A stretch of 64,000 bases of DNA from positions 2,914,001-2,978,000 of the forward strand of contig JBHGNT010000009.1 in assembly GCA_043228905.1 (NCBI GenBank), given 5' to 3'. Within the stretch, counting starts at the first letter, position 1. Every line of letters begins with the position of its first letter. Positions 39,301 to 51,658 of the stretch are shown here, piece by piece. Source of the DNA: Azolla caroliniana (taxonomy: Eukaryota; Plantae; Polypodiophyta). Under the pieces are notes generated by a model. The model saw only the letters and a program-made list of their open reading frames with translations. It searched no databases and was not told where the DNA came from. The position numbers were made by a program, and so were the translations under genes.

Positions 39301-42300
39301 TAACGCATGATTATTAGATGAAAGCTTGTCTCAAGATGTATATTAATAATGCAGGTTTAGGTAGATATGTTCAAGGTAGTTGGAAGAGACTTTTGCTAAC
39401 CTGGCCCACTAAAGATGCAATGCATGCTCCGGTATGTACAAGGGGACCTTCTTTGCCAAGTGCCAATCCTCCTCCAACAGACCCAATGCTACCAAAAATC
39501 TGGATGTTTGGAGAGAACACTTTCACAAAAATAGACAACAAAAGGTAAAGCCATATTCATTTAGCTGGGATTGAAATTATCATTACTACCTTCCCAACAA
39601 GTGTCCTGAACAGTAAAATTCCTGGGGTGTCTATTCCTGGCAGTTGCAGACATCGAGGGGTAAATGTCTGAGATCTTGAAAATAGTTTATTTCTAGTGAA
39701 AATGAGCTTACCATTTAGATACCCTTTGATTTCTGGAATTCCAGAACCAGCTGCCGCTGGCGCATATTGCGTGACAATATAGACAGAAGAGAACACTAAT
39801 GCACCATTGAAAATCACATACACAAGAAACCCAGCAAAATAAGAATGCTGCATGATGGTAAAAGTTGCAGAAAACTTCCATCCAGAGAAGTTCTCCACCG
39901 CAATATTTATAAAGAAGGCTGAAAATCCTGTCGCTGCATAATAACAGTAGAAATTAACCTTCAGTGCATATTGGATGACATCCAGCAGATTCTTCATATT
40001 ATTCAAGCACTAAGGCAAATTCAACATCAATATATTGGATGAAAATCAGGCATAACATTTATCTAAGCTTTCAAATTGAACAGTGTAATTTCCCAAAAAC
40101 CAGGAGGGAAAATATATAGATAGATAAACACTGATCACTGTCTGAATAAATGGGTCCACTACAGTTGCTTGTAAGAAATTATAATTTTCACGTTAAGAAA
40201 AAATACAAAGAAAATGTAACCTAGTTTATAAAACAAAAGATCTGATCATGTATGTAAAGAAACTATCAAAGGATACTGTTGGTAACCAATCACAAATGGT
40301 GTAGACAACAAAAAATAGGTTTTTCTGATTAGAAATTAGAACAGAGGGAGAAAAAGGGATTATGCAAGTAAAAAACTTCAATAATCCGCATTACTGGCCA
40401 TTTGTAACGAATCTGCAAAAGATTGATGAAAGGAAAATCATATTGACACACATGTCAGTAGTTGCTATATATACACATTCACCTCACAAGTATTCGTTGG
40501 CTCCTTTACTCTCACTTACAAAGAGTTCTTTCTGAGGGACTGACATGAGCAAGAATGAGCAGTGTCCATTAAAAGAATAGTCTCTCACAATTGAATTTCT
40601 TTAAGGGAGAGCAACCAATGGAAGAAGATGATCAATTCAGTGTGCTCAAATTCCATTAGCAGCATCTCTAGAGCTAAATTAGAACACTTCACACTCCATT
40701 AAATATACTTTCAGTTTACCCCATTAGAATACTTAATCTGTTCCATAGTTTCACATGGTAACTAGATCTTACCAATTTCCAAATCGCCAATGAGAGGGAA
40801 CATGAAAGCAATATTTATAATACAAACAAAATCACTCATTAACAAAAATGAAAAGTTGATTGAGTAGCAAAAGAAGACTTACCGACACCAATCATAAGAA
40901 CAAAGATCCACTTGAGCGACACATACGATACATAGTGGAATTTCCCCCTGGAAGCCTGATACATAAAACGAGATGATATGAGTGCTGAACAAGAAAGAAC
41001 ATTGCAGAAACCTAAACAGTGAGATGGATGAAAAAGTATTTAAAGATCCAGTGACTCGAGAGGTGAAAGTTTTGAGATTGAAATACAATATCAAAGTATC
41101 AGATTGGGTATTATTTACCTGTATCTCCCAATAGGGGAGGGGTGGATTAAATGCAAAATCAAAATGTATAGATTAGGTCTTTAACTCTCCTTGAGATAGA
41201 CTGGAATGTAAGATCAAAGTAAAGGATTGGTATTACTTGCTACTCATAACAAGAAAGGATCAGATCAAGATGAAAGAAAATAAGTATGGCCATTGGGTCA
41301 TTCGCTTCTGCTTGTCGAAGTAAAGGAATTACGTTCTACCCGTTCCTCGCAATCAGGCAAGATCAAACATATGGGAATGGGGTTTTTGTCTTCTTCCCTC
41401 AATAGAGCGAAGATTGGAACCAAAATGTAAGAACTGGGTATTCACATGCCTTTCATGATCGGCGAGAATCAGATTGAAGTACAATATCAATATATTGAAT
41501 GTGGTCTTTACCAACTTCACCTGCTCCTTGAAGAATTTGATTGAAATACGAGATCAAAAATACTAGAACAAGTCTTCCCCCAAATATGGACAGGAATTAG
41601 ATTGAAATACAATACGATATATAGAAATTTGGTATTCATCCGCTTCTTACGATAGGCAAGAATTGGATAGAAATACAATATCAAACTATTCATCTTTACA
41701 TTCTTCTCCTGATAAGGCAAGAATTAGGTCAGAAATAGATTATCAAGTATAGGAGTTAGGTATCCTCATGCTTTGAGATAGTAAAAAATGGATTGAGGTA
41801 CGAGATCAAAATACTCAAATGGGATCAAGATTAAAATATAGGAATAGTGTCTTTACCTTCTTGTGCACGGTGAGATTCCGCAATTGAACTGAAATGTAAG
41901 ATCGAATATAATCTAGGGCTTGGTTAATCATGTAGTGAAATTTGCTAATATGCCAATACAACTATGAGAATCTATCAAAAGATTATCCAGTTTTTCCTCA
42001 AAATTACCAAACCCCGCATTAAACGCAATTAATACCACATTAGCAGAATTAAGCTATTAAAGAATTGCTACATCTTCTCAAATCAGTGCAATTTAACATG
42101 AATGGATCATTATCTCCTTCAAAGTATGAATAAGAAAAGAAACATAATTAGCCTGTATTTTGTTTGTTTTTATGCTACTTTTGTTCATGATGAATGGTTA
42201 ATTGTATTTTTTGACTAATAATTAGTCCCTGCAAGAACTAGCAACGCATTAATGGCCACTCAAATACATTAATATGGTTCTAATTAGGTTTGTGAAAGTG

Positions 42301-43105
42301 GTGTTGGGCATAGATACTTTCCAAACTTTGGATTCTTTGGTAAATTCCATACCTATAGAGAGTGGTAAATCAGTAAGTTTTCCTTTTGTATACATGCTCT
42401 TCTCAACAGGGCGAGAAACTGATTGGAATGCAAGAATCAAATATATTGGAATCAGAAGGGCCCAAAACTGGCTGGAAACTTTTGGGCAAATGTAATATAG
42501 GCATTTCGCCTTTACTATAAATTCAAGGTCAAAGAAAATATCAAAATTATATCATTAAGAATCAAACTGAAATGTAACAATAAACAAAGTATAGGCATTG
42601 GGTCTTTACACTGTCCGTGCAAAAGGTGAAAATTTGATCAAAATGTAAGATCGATCAAAACATGGGAAGTAATACATATGGGGTTTTACCTGGCCCTTGT
42701 GAGAGGAGAGATTCGAGAATCTAATCAAATATTAAGATCACAAATTTACAAATTGGGTATTTATCTTACCCCGCAAACTAGGCAAGCGTTGGATCAGAAA
42801 TATTGCAACCAGGTAATGATTATCTCCTCTTTTCGGAATGGTATGATTTACATGATTCTTGCAATAGGTGGGATCAGCAAGAATTGGGTCCAAATGCAAA
42901 TACAATTATACAAAATACAAGATTTGGGTGTGTTTTTCACCTGCTCCTCCCTGTAGGCGAGATTCTCAATGACTTCATAATCAAGGCTTTCCATGGTAGA
43001 TGAGTCAGATTCCTCAAGATGCCCATCAAGGCCATCCTCAGTTGTCGGATCTGAGCTCCGAAGAGGTGACCATCGAGGCCAACGGTAGGCATGTTCAACA
43101 TCCAT
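33322..43105 (-). CDS. CLC-d: CLC-family chloride channel/antiporter, CLC-d-like, more than 20 exons, C-terminal CBS region
   Basis: Exons encode [10 protein letters not shown] (43105-42941), [11 protein letters not shown] (40955-40883), [114 protein letters not shown]. Probable last exon [13 protein letters not shown] ends at 33322. Start and terminal exon are less certain than the core. Confidence 0.93.
41070..42935. repeat. Highly diverged ~60-80 bp tandem repeats in CLC intron 1 (blocks ~41070-41910 and ~42415-42935)
   Basis: Recurring AGATTGAAAT(A/G)CAAGATCAAA...ATTGGGT(A/C)TT..TTACC pattern. Confidence 0.65.
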
Positions 43106-43659
43106 GATGATGGCGATGGAGATCGAAAAGCTAAATATGAATAATAATAATAATAATAAATATGTCTGAGGCAACAAGTGGTATCACTTATCTTATTGAG
43201 AATAGTATCTATATTATAAGAAGTACAGTCTTCTCTGTTAATTTCTATGTTAATGTTCAGCACCGTGGTTGGTGCTAGATGAGTCCATGAAACGGTGGGT
43301 GGAGGCATGAAAGGGATGAAAGCATGAAAGATCAGGGTAGAGCTGGAATGGAGTATCTCTGGACTAGTCCTCTGTCAACGCTTCTTTCTGGCTTCCTTTC
43401 TTCCCTTCATTTCAGAATCACGAGATGAGGTGAAGGAAAGACAAAGGAAAAAGGAGGAGAAGAAGAAGCGCAGGGCATGGCATGGCATGTGACATGAAAG
43501 AAGGCAGAGCTACTGCAAGACCATCGGATTTCCTCTTTGGTGGGCGATGTGTCGTTGCTTCCTCTGTTCTCCTCTGTTCTCCTCTGGGAAGGGCACAAAA
43601 AGGGGGAGGGGGGGGCAGGGGTACTTTTTTTAGAGAGAGGAGAGGAGGCGAGGATCCCA

Positions 43660-43819
43660 TGGATGGATGGATCGATGGATCGATCGATCGATCGATCTTA
43701 TGCTGTCTGTCTCTGATTTTTCTTCACCTTCACTCTCAAGCTCACGTGCCTCTCCATCCGTCCGTCTGTATGTATGCCCGTCCATCCGTCCGTCCGTCTA
43801 TATGTCCGCCCATCCGTCC

Positions 43820-43850
<31 letters not shown>

Positions 43851-44040
43851 TGTCCATCCATCCATCTGTCCGTCCATGCACTCGTCCACCCGTGACCCGT
43901 CCATCTATATGTTCGTGCCCATCCGTCCATCTATATGTTCGTCCATGCATCCGCCCATCCGTCCATTTGTATGCCCGTCCATGCACCCGCCCATCCGTCC
44001 ATCTGTATGTCCGTCCGTGCACTTGCCCATCCGTCCCTCA
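43660..44040. repeat. Compound low-complexity tract (GATG/GATC, CCGT/CCAT, TATG) upstream of CLC
   Basis: Seen directly; explains the overlapping spurious ORFs. Confidence 0.85.
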
Positions 44041-45570
44041 CGCCATTCACCTCCCCTTGATGTCATTACAGGCATCCCCGCTCATCATCTTCCAATCTTT
44101 GTCTTTGTGTGGTGCTTTCAAGATATCCTTCTATTGTAAGTTTAGATTAGCCAAATCGGCTACAACATACCTACCAATTAGATGGACAAAAAGGAAACCA
44201 AATGGCTTCCAAAAGTTGACTCAGACCATAGTATGAACCATATGTACCATATGTGCATTTCGAGTAAGAAAAACATCCTCAAAGAATGATAAATACCATA
44301 CTTTTGGATTAACTATTTTATTATTAGGTAAATAAGCCAAAAAAATGGAAAAAAAACATTAAAAAAATGGGGGGAAAACAAAAAAAAAAACACAAGAATG
44401 TTTGAATAACATTCGCATTCGTTTTCCGACGTAGGAAAGCGAATGTTATGCTATACGAACACGAATTTTACGTACTAGGACCAAAACCATCATGTGAAAC
44501 AGTCAATGGCCAGCCATATATCCTTCCTTTAAACTAGCTAAGGAGATGACTCTATATGCATTTAGAGGAGCAAAGAACAACCAAGAAAGGGGGAGAGATT
44601 TGCAATATCGTCATGTACTCTGCCCCATCTAGAAAATTGGATCCTTGCCTTTCATATTGTAATCTCACGGGATTCCTCCTTTACCTATGTATGTCATGCT
44701 TATTGAATCTTAGCATAATGTCGTGTTTTAATCTATCAAGATTCACTTTTAATCGTCTATGTTTATGAGATTTTATTCCATTTAACATTCTCCTAGCATA
44801 TTTTGTATCAATGTTTTGATGTCCTCTTTATACAAGGAACATTGTGTCCACACATAGCTACATCGTTACATGTCTATGAGGAATATCACATGTTTCATCA
44901 TTCCAATATATTGCATGTTTGCATGCATATCCCCAGGTGATTGCGAGCATCTTGCACATGTGTAGACCCCCATTTCCATGCATTGCATTGACCTTTGCAT
45001 TATTTGTACATGTGCTCCAAAGTGGGCACCCATTGCATATACAAAGTCAATTCATATTCATATATGTGACTAAATTTTTTTCTTGACAAATGATGAGTAT
45101 TTTTTCTTGTTTGCTCATAGCATTCTAGTTTTTATTTGTAAATTCACGACAATTTGAATTGGAATCCTTTACATTGTTCTACCCTACTTCGAGCCAAATT
45201 TACTCTTTTTTCATATTTGCATTGTTGCTATATTGCAACAAGGAAGTGATGACATCCTTGTCACGATAAATCTAGCAATTTGCTTAAATATGCCAATAAA
45301 AGTTATTACTAAATAACTCAAAAAGTGAGTAGCTTCTCATGCATCCATGTTAATTAATTGCAAAGTGATACTATTGGAACTTAAAATTTATTTTTCTCGA
45401 GAGACTAGAGGACACTCAAGAGATTCTTTGATCAATTTGATTGATTACCTAGCTCCACCATCATCGATAAAATGTTATGGATAGTATAAGAGCTAGAGAA
45501 TATAGTTCCATTTGACAAACTCAATCAAATAAGATGTGTACACGAGTAAAAAAGAAATAATTATTAACTA

Positions 45571-45724
45571 ATTACGCATAACGGGTGGTGATTATAAAAC
45601 AAAGCTAAAATTAATACTAAAAATAAGATAAGCTAAATTACGCATAACGGGTGGTGATTATAAAACAAAGCTAAAATTAATACTAAAAATAAGATAAGCT
45701 AAATTACGCATAACGGGTGGTGAT
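45571..45724. repeat. 66-bp tandem repeat, ~2.3 copies
   Basis: ATTACGCATAACGGGTGGTGAT starts at 45571, 45637 and 45703. Confidence 0.92.
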
Positions 45725-46207
45725 AACTATAAATCAAGAATAATCAACACCTTTATGAATGGAGGGATTTGGTTTATACAAGAGTTATACGCAAGTGCAT
45801 GCAAAAGTTGCAATCAATCCAATTATGACAAGTTGTCTAAAGTATCCACTTCCTTCTATACAAAGGCACCTTCCACTCATTGGATCAACAATTTACTTGA
45901 AAACCCACATGCTCGAAGATTTGTGTGGTTGAGTTTGTATCAACAAATACATCAAGTGATGATGTTGCCCCACATGATTTCTTCATTCTTTTCAACAAGG
46001 TTAGTATAGTTTTTTGTGTTTCACAAGTTAGAATCTAGGTTCATAGTCGTCACAACTTAACTTCATTGTGCTCAACAAATGCTTATTTCATGGATCTTAT
46101 GCTTGTTTTTGAGCATGTAATTCCCACAAAGAAACCCATGTCAAGAATAAGAGTTAGAAGGAGTAATTCTAGTATGCATGTGAGTATGTGTGTCGTGTTG
46201 TGCATGA

Positions 46208-46208
<1 letters not shown>

Positions 46209-46259
<51 letters not shown>

Positions 46260-46270
46260 TAGAGAGAGAG
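46209..46270. repeat. (GT)n followed by (GA)n microsatellite
   Basis: Seen directly. Confidence 0.95.
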
Positions 46271-46289
46271 ATGTACACAACAAAAAGAG

Positions 46290-49200
46290 ATTTTGTTAAC
46301 AAGGAAGGAGGTCGTGCACCTCATTGTGCTTCTTGCAATCCTTCCCAACATAAAAGATCAAGTTTTGCTCTAGTTGGATGTTGGGCATGTTGTCACGAGG
46401 ATCCAAACCAATCATTTTATGGGGATGCTAAAGTCCTTGAGGATTCACTTTAGCCCCTTTGCTTGGCATGCAACAATGAATGTGTCTTGATATTTCGTCT
46501 TTGTGCTCACGAGAACCATAATAGGGTACTCATGCCTAATCTACATAAGTGTATCTTTTTATGGTTGTGCTTGACCTTGTACAACATCCAATAGCTTTCT
46601 TATGTTGGGGAGTGAGACAATATCCTATGTATCATTGTCATAAAGGCTTTAATCTTGTGGTTCATTAGTTCCACCCATTTTGGGGTTTGTATCTAGATTT
46701 GGAATGACCACCACATTCATGATGAAGGCATAATCATGAGTCATATGTTCATTGTATCTAAATCAAGAAACAAGATTATCCCCTTACTGTTATACTTGTT
46801 ATTTTCTTCATTGAAGGACCTTCTTCATTCTTGGTCTTGGCATAATGGGCATAAACTCATTGTTGATTGATGAAGTGGAGTCGTCCTCGTAGCTTCCTTC
46901 AAAGTTGTTAGAGACTTCTTGGACCATCTAAGTCTTACCTTTGTTTGGACATCCACACTATGTAATGTTTGCGTCGAACTACTCCACAATTCTCTCTAGA
47001 GTTATATTCCTCATTATTTGATTTGTTATATTCCCAATGAGTGCATCCATCTAATGATTTGTTGGGTATGCTCATCCAAGTCGAAGATGCAATATGTGGT
47101 CTAATTCAAAGCAGTCAAAATGTCCTTGGAATCATTTGATGTGGAGGGGGTTTTCATGGACACATCAAACATGACAACCCTACTTGTATATGTTTTTCTT
47201 ATGGATGGGTTATAGCAATTGTACTTGTTTTGCCCATACGAGTTACCCACATGAAAATTGTCATGTTGTATTCCTTCATGCTTGAGGAAGTTTGAAAATT
47301 CATCAGAGAAGTATTCTCCCCATCCATGCAATCAACTTCATTTATGCTCTCTTTCTCTACAAGGCTATTGAACTTTTGAAATTGGGTGAACACCTCACTC
47401 TTCACTTACATTGGGTAGACCCAAGTGTGCCGAGAGGGTTCATTGATGAAGGTCACGAAGTATTGACAACCTCTAAAAGTAGTCATTCATGTGATACCCC
47501 ACACCTTCAAACGAATGTGATCGAGAAGTTTGTAATTCACATTCTACTCCTTCACAAATGGTTGTTGGTGTTGCTTCCTGAATTGACATGCTTCACACAT
47601 GCATTGATTGTTACCCCACCCTCAAGTTCTAAGAGTCTCCTCATGACTCCTCTTGCTTGCCTCCTTCAAAGATTTTGCAAGTTCACGTGCTTGATCCTCT
47701 CATGCCACGTTTCAATTTTGAATGAGAACATTTTCCCCTTCCTAAACATGGTCAAGTTCATCGTATTGTTGTCAAGGCTAAACTTTTTTTTTTTGTTGTC
47801 TTCCTTGACCCACAAACTTCCTTTATTTTTGAGGTCTTTGATGAACACCCTTTATCATAGAATCACATTTGAATTCCTTGTTTGAAATGTTTTCTAAAAA
47901 AACACCAAGTTCTTTGTGATAGTTTGGACATGCAATACATTCTTGATGCATTTCGTCTTACAACAAAGGAGTGATACATCATCAACAAGTTGTATTAGTT
48001 TATTGCATCATCTCCACTCTCATGTTGCCATATATCGTTTGCTATGATTCTTCATCCACTCTTGCGAACCTTCACGAATTTGGCTTGGCGAATGATCACA
48101 AACATGCTTCCATAGTCATCCAGTTTGTTTGGATTTGGAAGCATAGTTGCACGCTTCGTCTTCCAAGTTTTGCCTCATTATGATTGTGTTTACCCCCAAA
48201 CCAATATTTTGGTTTTGTTTGGTTAGTTTCCACTTCCATCGTAACTCCTTGTAAATAATTACATGTGTCCGGAAGCGTATTAGAGGGGTGTGTGTGTGCG
48301 CGCGCACGTGTGTCACAGTGTATGAGAGAAGAAAGCCACAAGATAGACAAAAGATGAACTGAAAATTGTATAGTCACAAGAAGATTAATGGCAACCAACA
48401 ATTACAAAAGGAGAGAGGAGGGTGCTTATAAGGTCACCCTCTCTCCACATTCTCTCACTAGAATGCACTCTCGAGTCTCGGGAAAGGGGGAAAAGCTTAA
48501 CTAATGTGTCACGTTGCATTCTATGACATATAGTTATGTTACAAGGTGGTGGTGTGTTCACACACATTACCTACTCAGGTATGTTCACACTCTAGTTGAG
48601 TTTGATTCTCAACACCTCCCTTCCTTGATTTTTCTCTTCCTCTTCCATTCATGTGATGGGCAATTTTCCACCCCCACATGGTTTCCTACCTTTGTTACTT
48701 CTTCCACTCACCCTTATTCATCTTCTAAATATGGATCCACCATCCACTCGTGATAATAACATTTGTCATCCACACCCGAATTTCAATTAATGTTCGAAGA
48801 ACAATGTCAAAATTTATATTGTGAAAGCATTAAGACATGTCCACACCATTTCTCCTTCTTCAATATGGAAACTCATCGACCAACTACTTCATAAAGCCAA
48901 AACATTTCTATGGTGTAGTTGTTGATACTTGTGTCTCTTTGTTGAACTTATTTAAACTCTTGTTGGAGTTGAAGCTTCCAAGTGGCGAATATCTTTTTGA
49001 GGTTCTCCCAATATACCTTTTGGTGTCTTTTCATCATGAACATTGTTGAGTATATGGTCATGCATGCACATTGCAAGACAATAAATTACTTTGTCTCGCC
49101 CCTTGTTGCCACGTTGGAAACATTGGTTGCAAGGTCACTGTTATTATAACTATATTATCCTTTGTTGAGTCGATATTTAGTCTTCTTGTACTTATATGAA

Positions 49201-49786
49201 ACCAAGTTGTTGTGGTCAAACTTCTCGATGGTAGAATGCTTCCCAAATTTGTATGTATACATGGATAATCTCCTCGAACAACAATGACACGACACAACCA
49301 CATAAGAGCTAGCGAACAAGCTTAAACTTATTTGACTTCATACTTTAATACCATGCAAATAATTGGAATTGGAAGGTATAATTCTAGTTGCATGCAATGG
49401 AGTCTTTGTGATAGTTTGTTTGTGAAAAATAAGAGATTGTATTAACCAGGCGAGAGCTAGAACAAAGGGAGACGTTATCAACAAATACAACCAAGAGGGG
49501 AGGAGAGTGCTTTATATGGAGTCACCATTGCTCTATATTATCTCTACAATGGCCAATGTTAGAGAGAGTGGGATAAAGAATATTCTCTCATTATATTGTG
49601 GTGTACCTTTGTTCTATGTGCATTTCACAATATACATATGATCTTACATATTCTCTAATTAAGTGCATCTCAGATGTTGGTTACAATGTTCTCTTCTCAA
49701 GGATAATTAGAATTAAACTTTTAATGCTCATAACTCATTGAGCATACATATTCACACATTACGCATGTTGAGCTTGTTTCCTAACA
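46290..49786 (-). mobile_element. Decayed Ty1/copia element with probable 5' LTR at ~49354-49786
   Basis: WHERIKHVNLQNL (pre-integrase-like), KSEVFTQFQKF, GEYFSDEFSNFLKHEGIQH (integrase). Degenerate Met-type PBS TGGTATTAAAG at 49353-49343 lies next to a TG..CA bounded segment. Confidence 0.7.
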
Positions 49787-49807
49787 ACCCATGCATTCAA
49801 CAATTGT

Positions 49808-50121
49808 CGATGTCGGCAAACCTTCTCAAGTGGATTTTGGAACATTTGGAGCCTCAACGGATTCATTTCGAGAAAGCTCCTTGCATATTTTCATTCAATC
49901 TCATTGCTAGTCTACACATTCTTAAGGGTATCGGGTCTATATTGGCTTGAAGTCAACAACCCCACGATGTCGGCAAACCTTCTCAAGTGGATTTTGGAAC
50001 ATTTGGAGCCTCAACGGATTCATTTCGAGAAAGCTCCTTGCATATTTTCATTCAATCTCATTGCTAGTCTACACATTCTTAAGGGTATCGGGTCTATATT
50101 GGCTTGAAGTCAACAACCCCA
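49808..50121. repeat. 157-bp near-perfect tandem duplication
   Basis: CGATGTCGGCAAACC at 49808 and 49965; the same peptide appears twice in the ORF track. Confidence 0.93.
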
Positions 50122-50980
50122 TTATGGATTGTTGGCAAGCTATTTCCATCAACTTGATTGTAGTATTATGAATTCCATCTTTCTCAATCCTCTTCTATGA
50201 GCTCTCAATGTTGACATCACGTTTGCTTCTACAAATCTTTTGTAATTGGGTCAATGTTTTATCCTTTTTTGTAGGTATTTTGTAGGCCATAGGATCCATC
50301 CACTCCCACAGGCACTCTTCGAGTTAATGACTCATTTATAAAACCTTGAGATCTCATTCTTTGGAGAAACTCCTTTCCTGCACGTCATTAAAAACATCCA
50401 AGTGTATCTTCTCCATGTCAGCCAACCAAATCCTTTATGCCCTTTGCAATTGCAAAGCTACCCATGAAGTAAAAAGATTCCATGATTTGTGTTCACCCAT
50501 CGTTCTGTATCTCTATCTTGGAGATCCTTTTCCACATCGTAACTCTACCTCCACTGCAATGCTGAGATTGGTGATCATGTGGAATTTAAAGTTTAAGAAT
50601 GTTTGAAACTTCCAACTCTACAAAACCATAATTATTGTTTAGTATATTAGCAATATTATTATTCTAGAAATTGCACTTGGGAACCTACAAAAAATGTGGT
50701 CAATGCTCTTGGTAAGGTTGTGATCTTCCATCACCTCTATCCATAAAATCCTAGTGTGAGTCCTCAAGTTCTACATTCAACATCATTTTTTTGTCGTTAT
50801 GTATGTAATTGTTTCCAAAAGGCCATGAAACATGTTAGAAATCAAGAACTATAAATAAAGGAACCTTGTTACTATTGAACCGATATCACTTCCAATGCTA
50901 GTTGTTAATCTCTCTTGTCGAGTTTCCTCATTCAATTGTGCCCTTTCGTGGCATCGTACATATCATGCCCCCAACATATT

Positions 50981-51256
50981 TTCTTGTAATCTTGTTGGCA
51001 ACTTTCTCGTGATTCATCTCATCCTTGATATCCAACATTGCCCGTTAATTCCTTTCATGATACCTTTCATGATACCTCACATTATCTGGATGCATTTGTT
51101 GTTATGCATGTAGCAAGTCACTACTTTCTTGCAATCTTGTCAAAGCTTTCTCGTGCTTCATCTCATCCTTGATTTTCCAACATTGTCATTGAATTACTTT
51201 TATGATACCTTGCATTATCTGGTTGCATTTGTTGTTATGCATGTAACAAGTCACTA
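50981..51256. repeat. Older ~145-bp tandem duplication
   Basis: TTCTTG(T/C)AATCTTGT...CAAGTCACTA occurs twice with mismatches and small indels. Confidence 0.8.
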
Positions 51257-51658
51257 TGTGCTAGAGTAGAAAAGGAACCACACATATGTAAAATTATGCT
51301 TATGTAATTGACCCTAAAAATGATTTTGTATAATATTATGGACATTCGTCAAGCATGTGCAAGTAATTTTAAAATTTAACAAGCACAAAACTTCAATTTA
51401 TGATAGAAGTTTAAGCATCTTGAGAATGATGACCAACATCAAAGCATAGGAATTTTGTATTTTCTTTGACTAGGGAAAATGATCACGATTAATTATTCAA
51501 CATTTCATCATTGAACTACATTGTTAATGTGTAAAAAGAGCATATGGCCACCCTCTCTATTAATTCATAATTCCTCAATCTTTATGGTCATATTACATGT
51601 GCAATTATCAAGCATTTTGTGACAAAAATTCCACTATTTATGTGGTCTTCTCTCTATA

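Noticed and set aside
43407-44236. Overlapping ORFs up to 189 aa upstream of CLC
   Set aside because: Products of tetranucleotide low-complexity repeats.
45571-45724. CRISPR-like array
   Set aside because: Head-to-tail identical units with no unique spacers; eukaryotic context; no cas genes.
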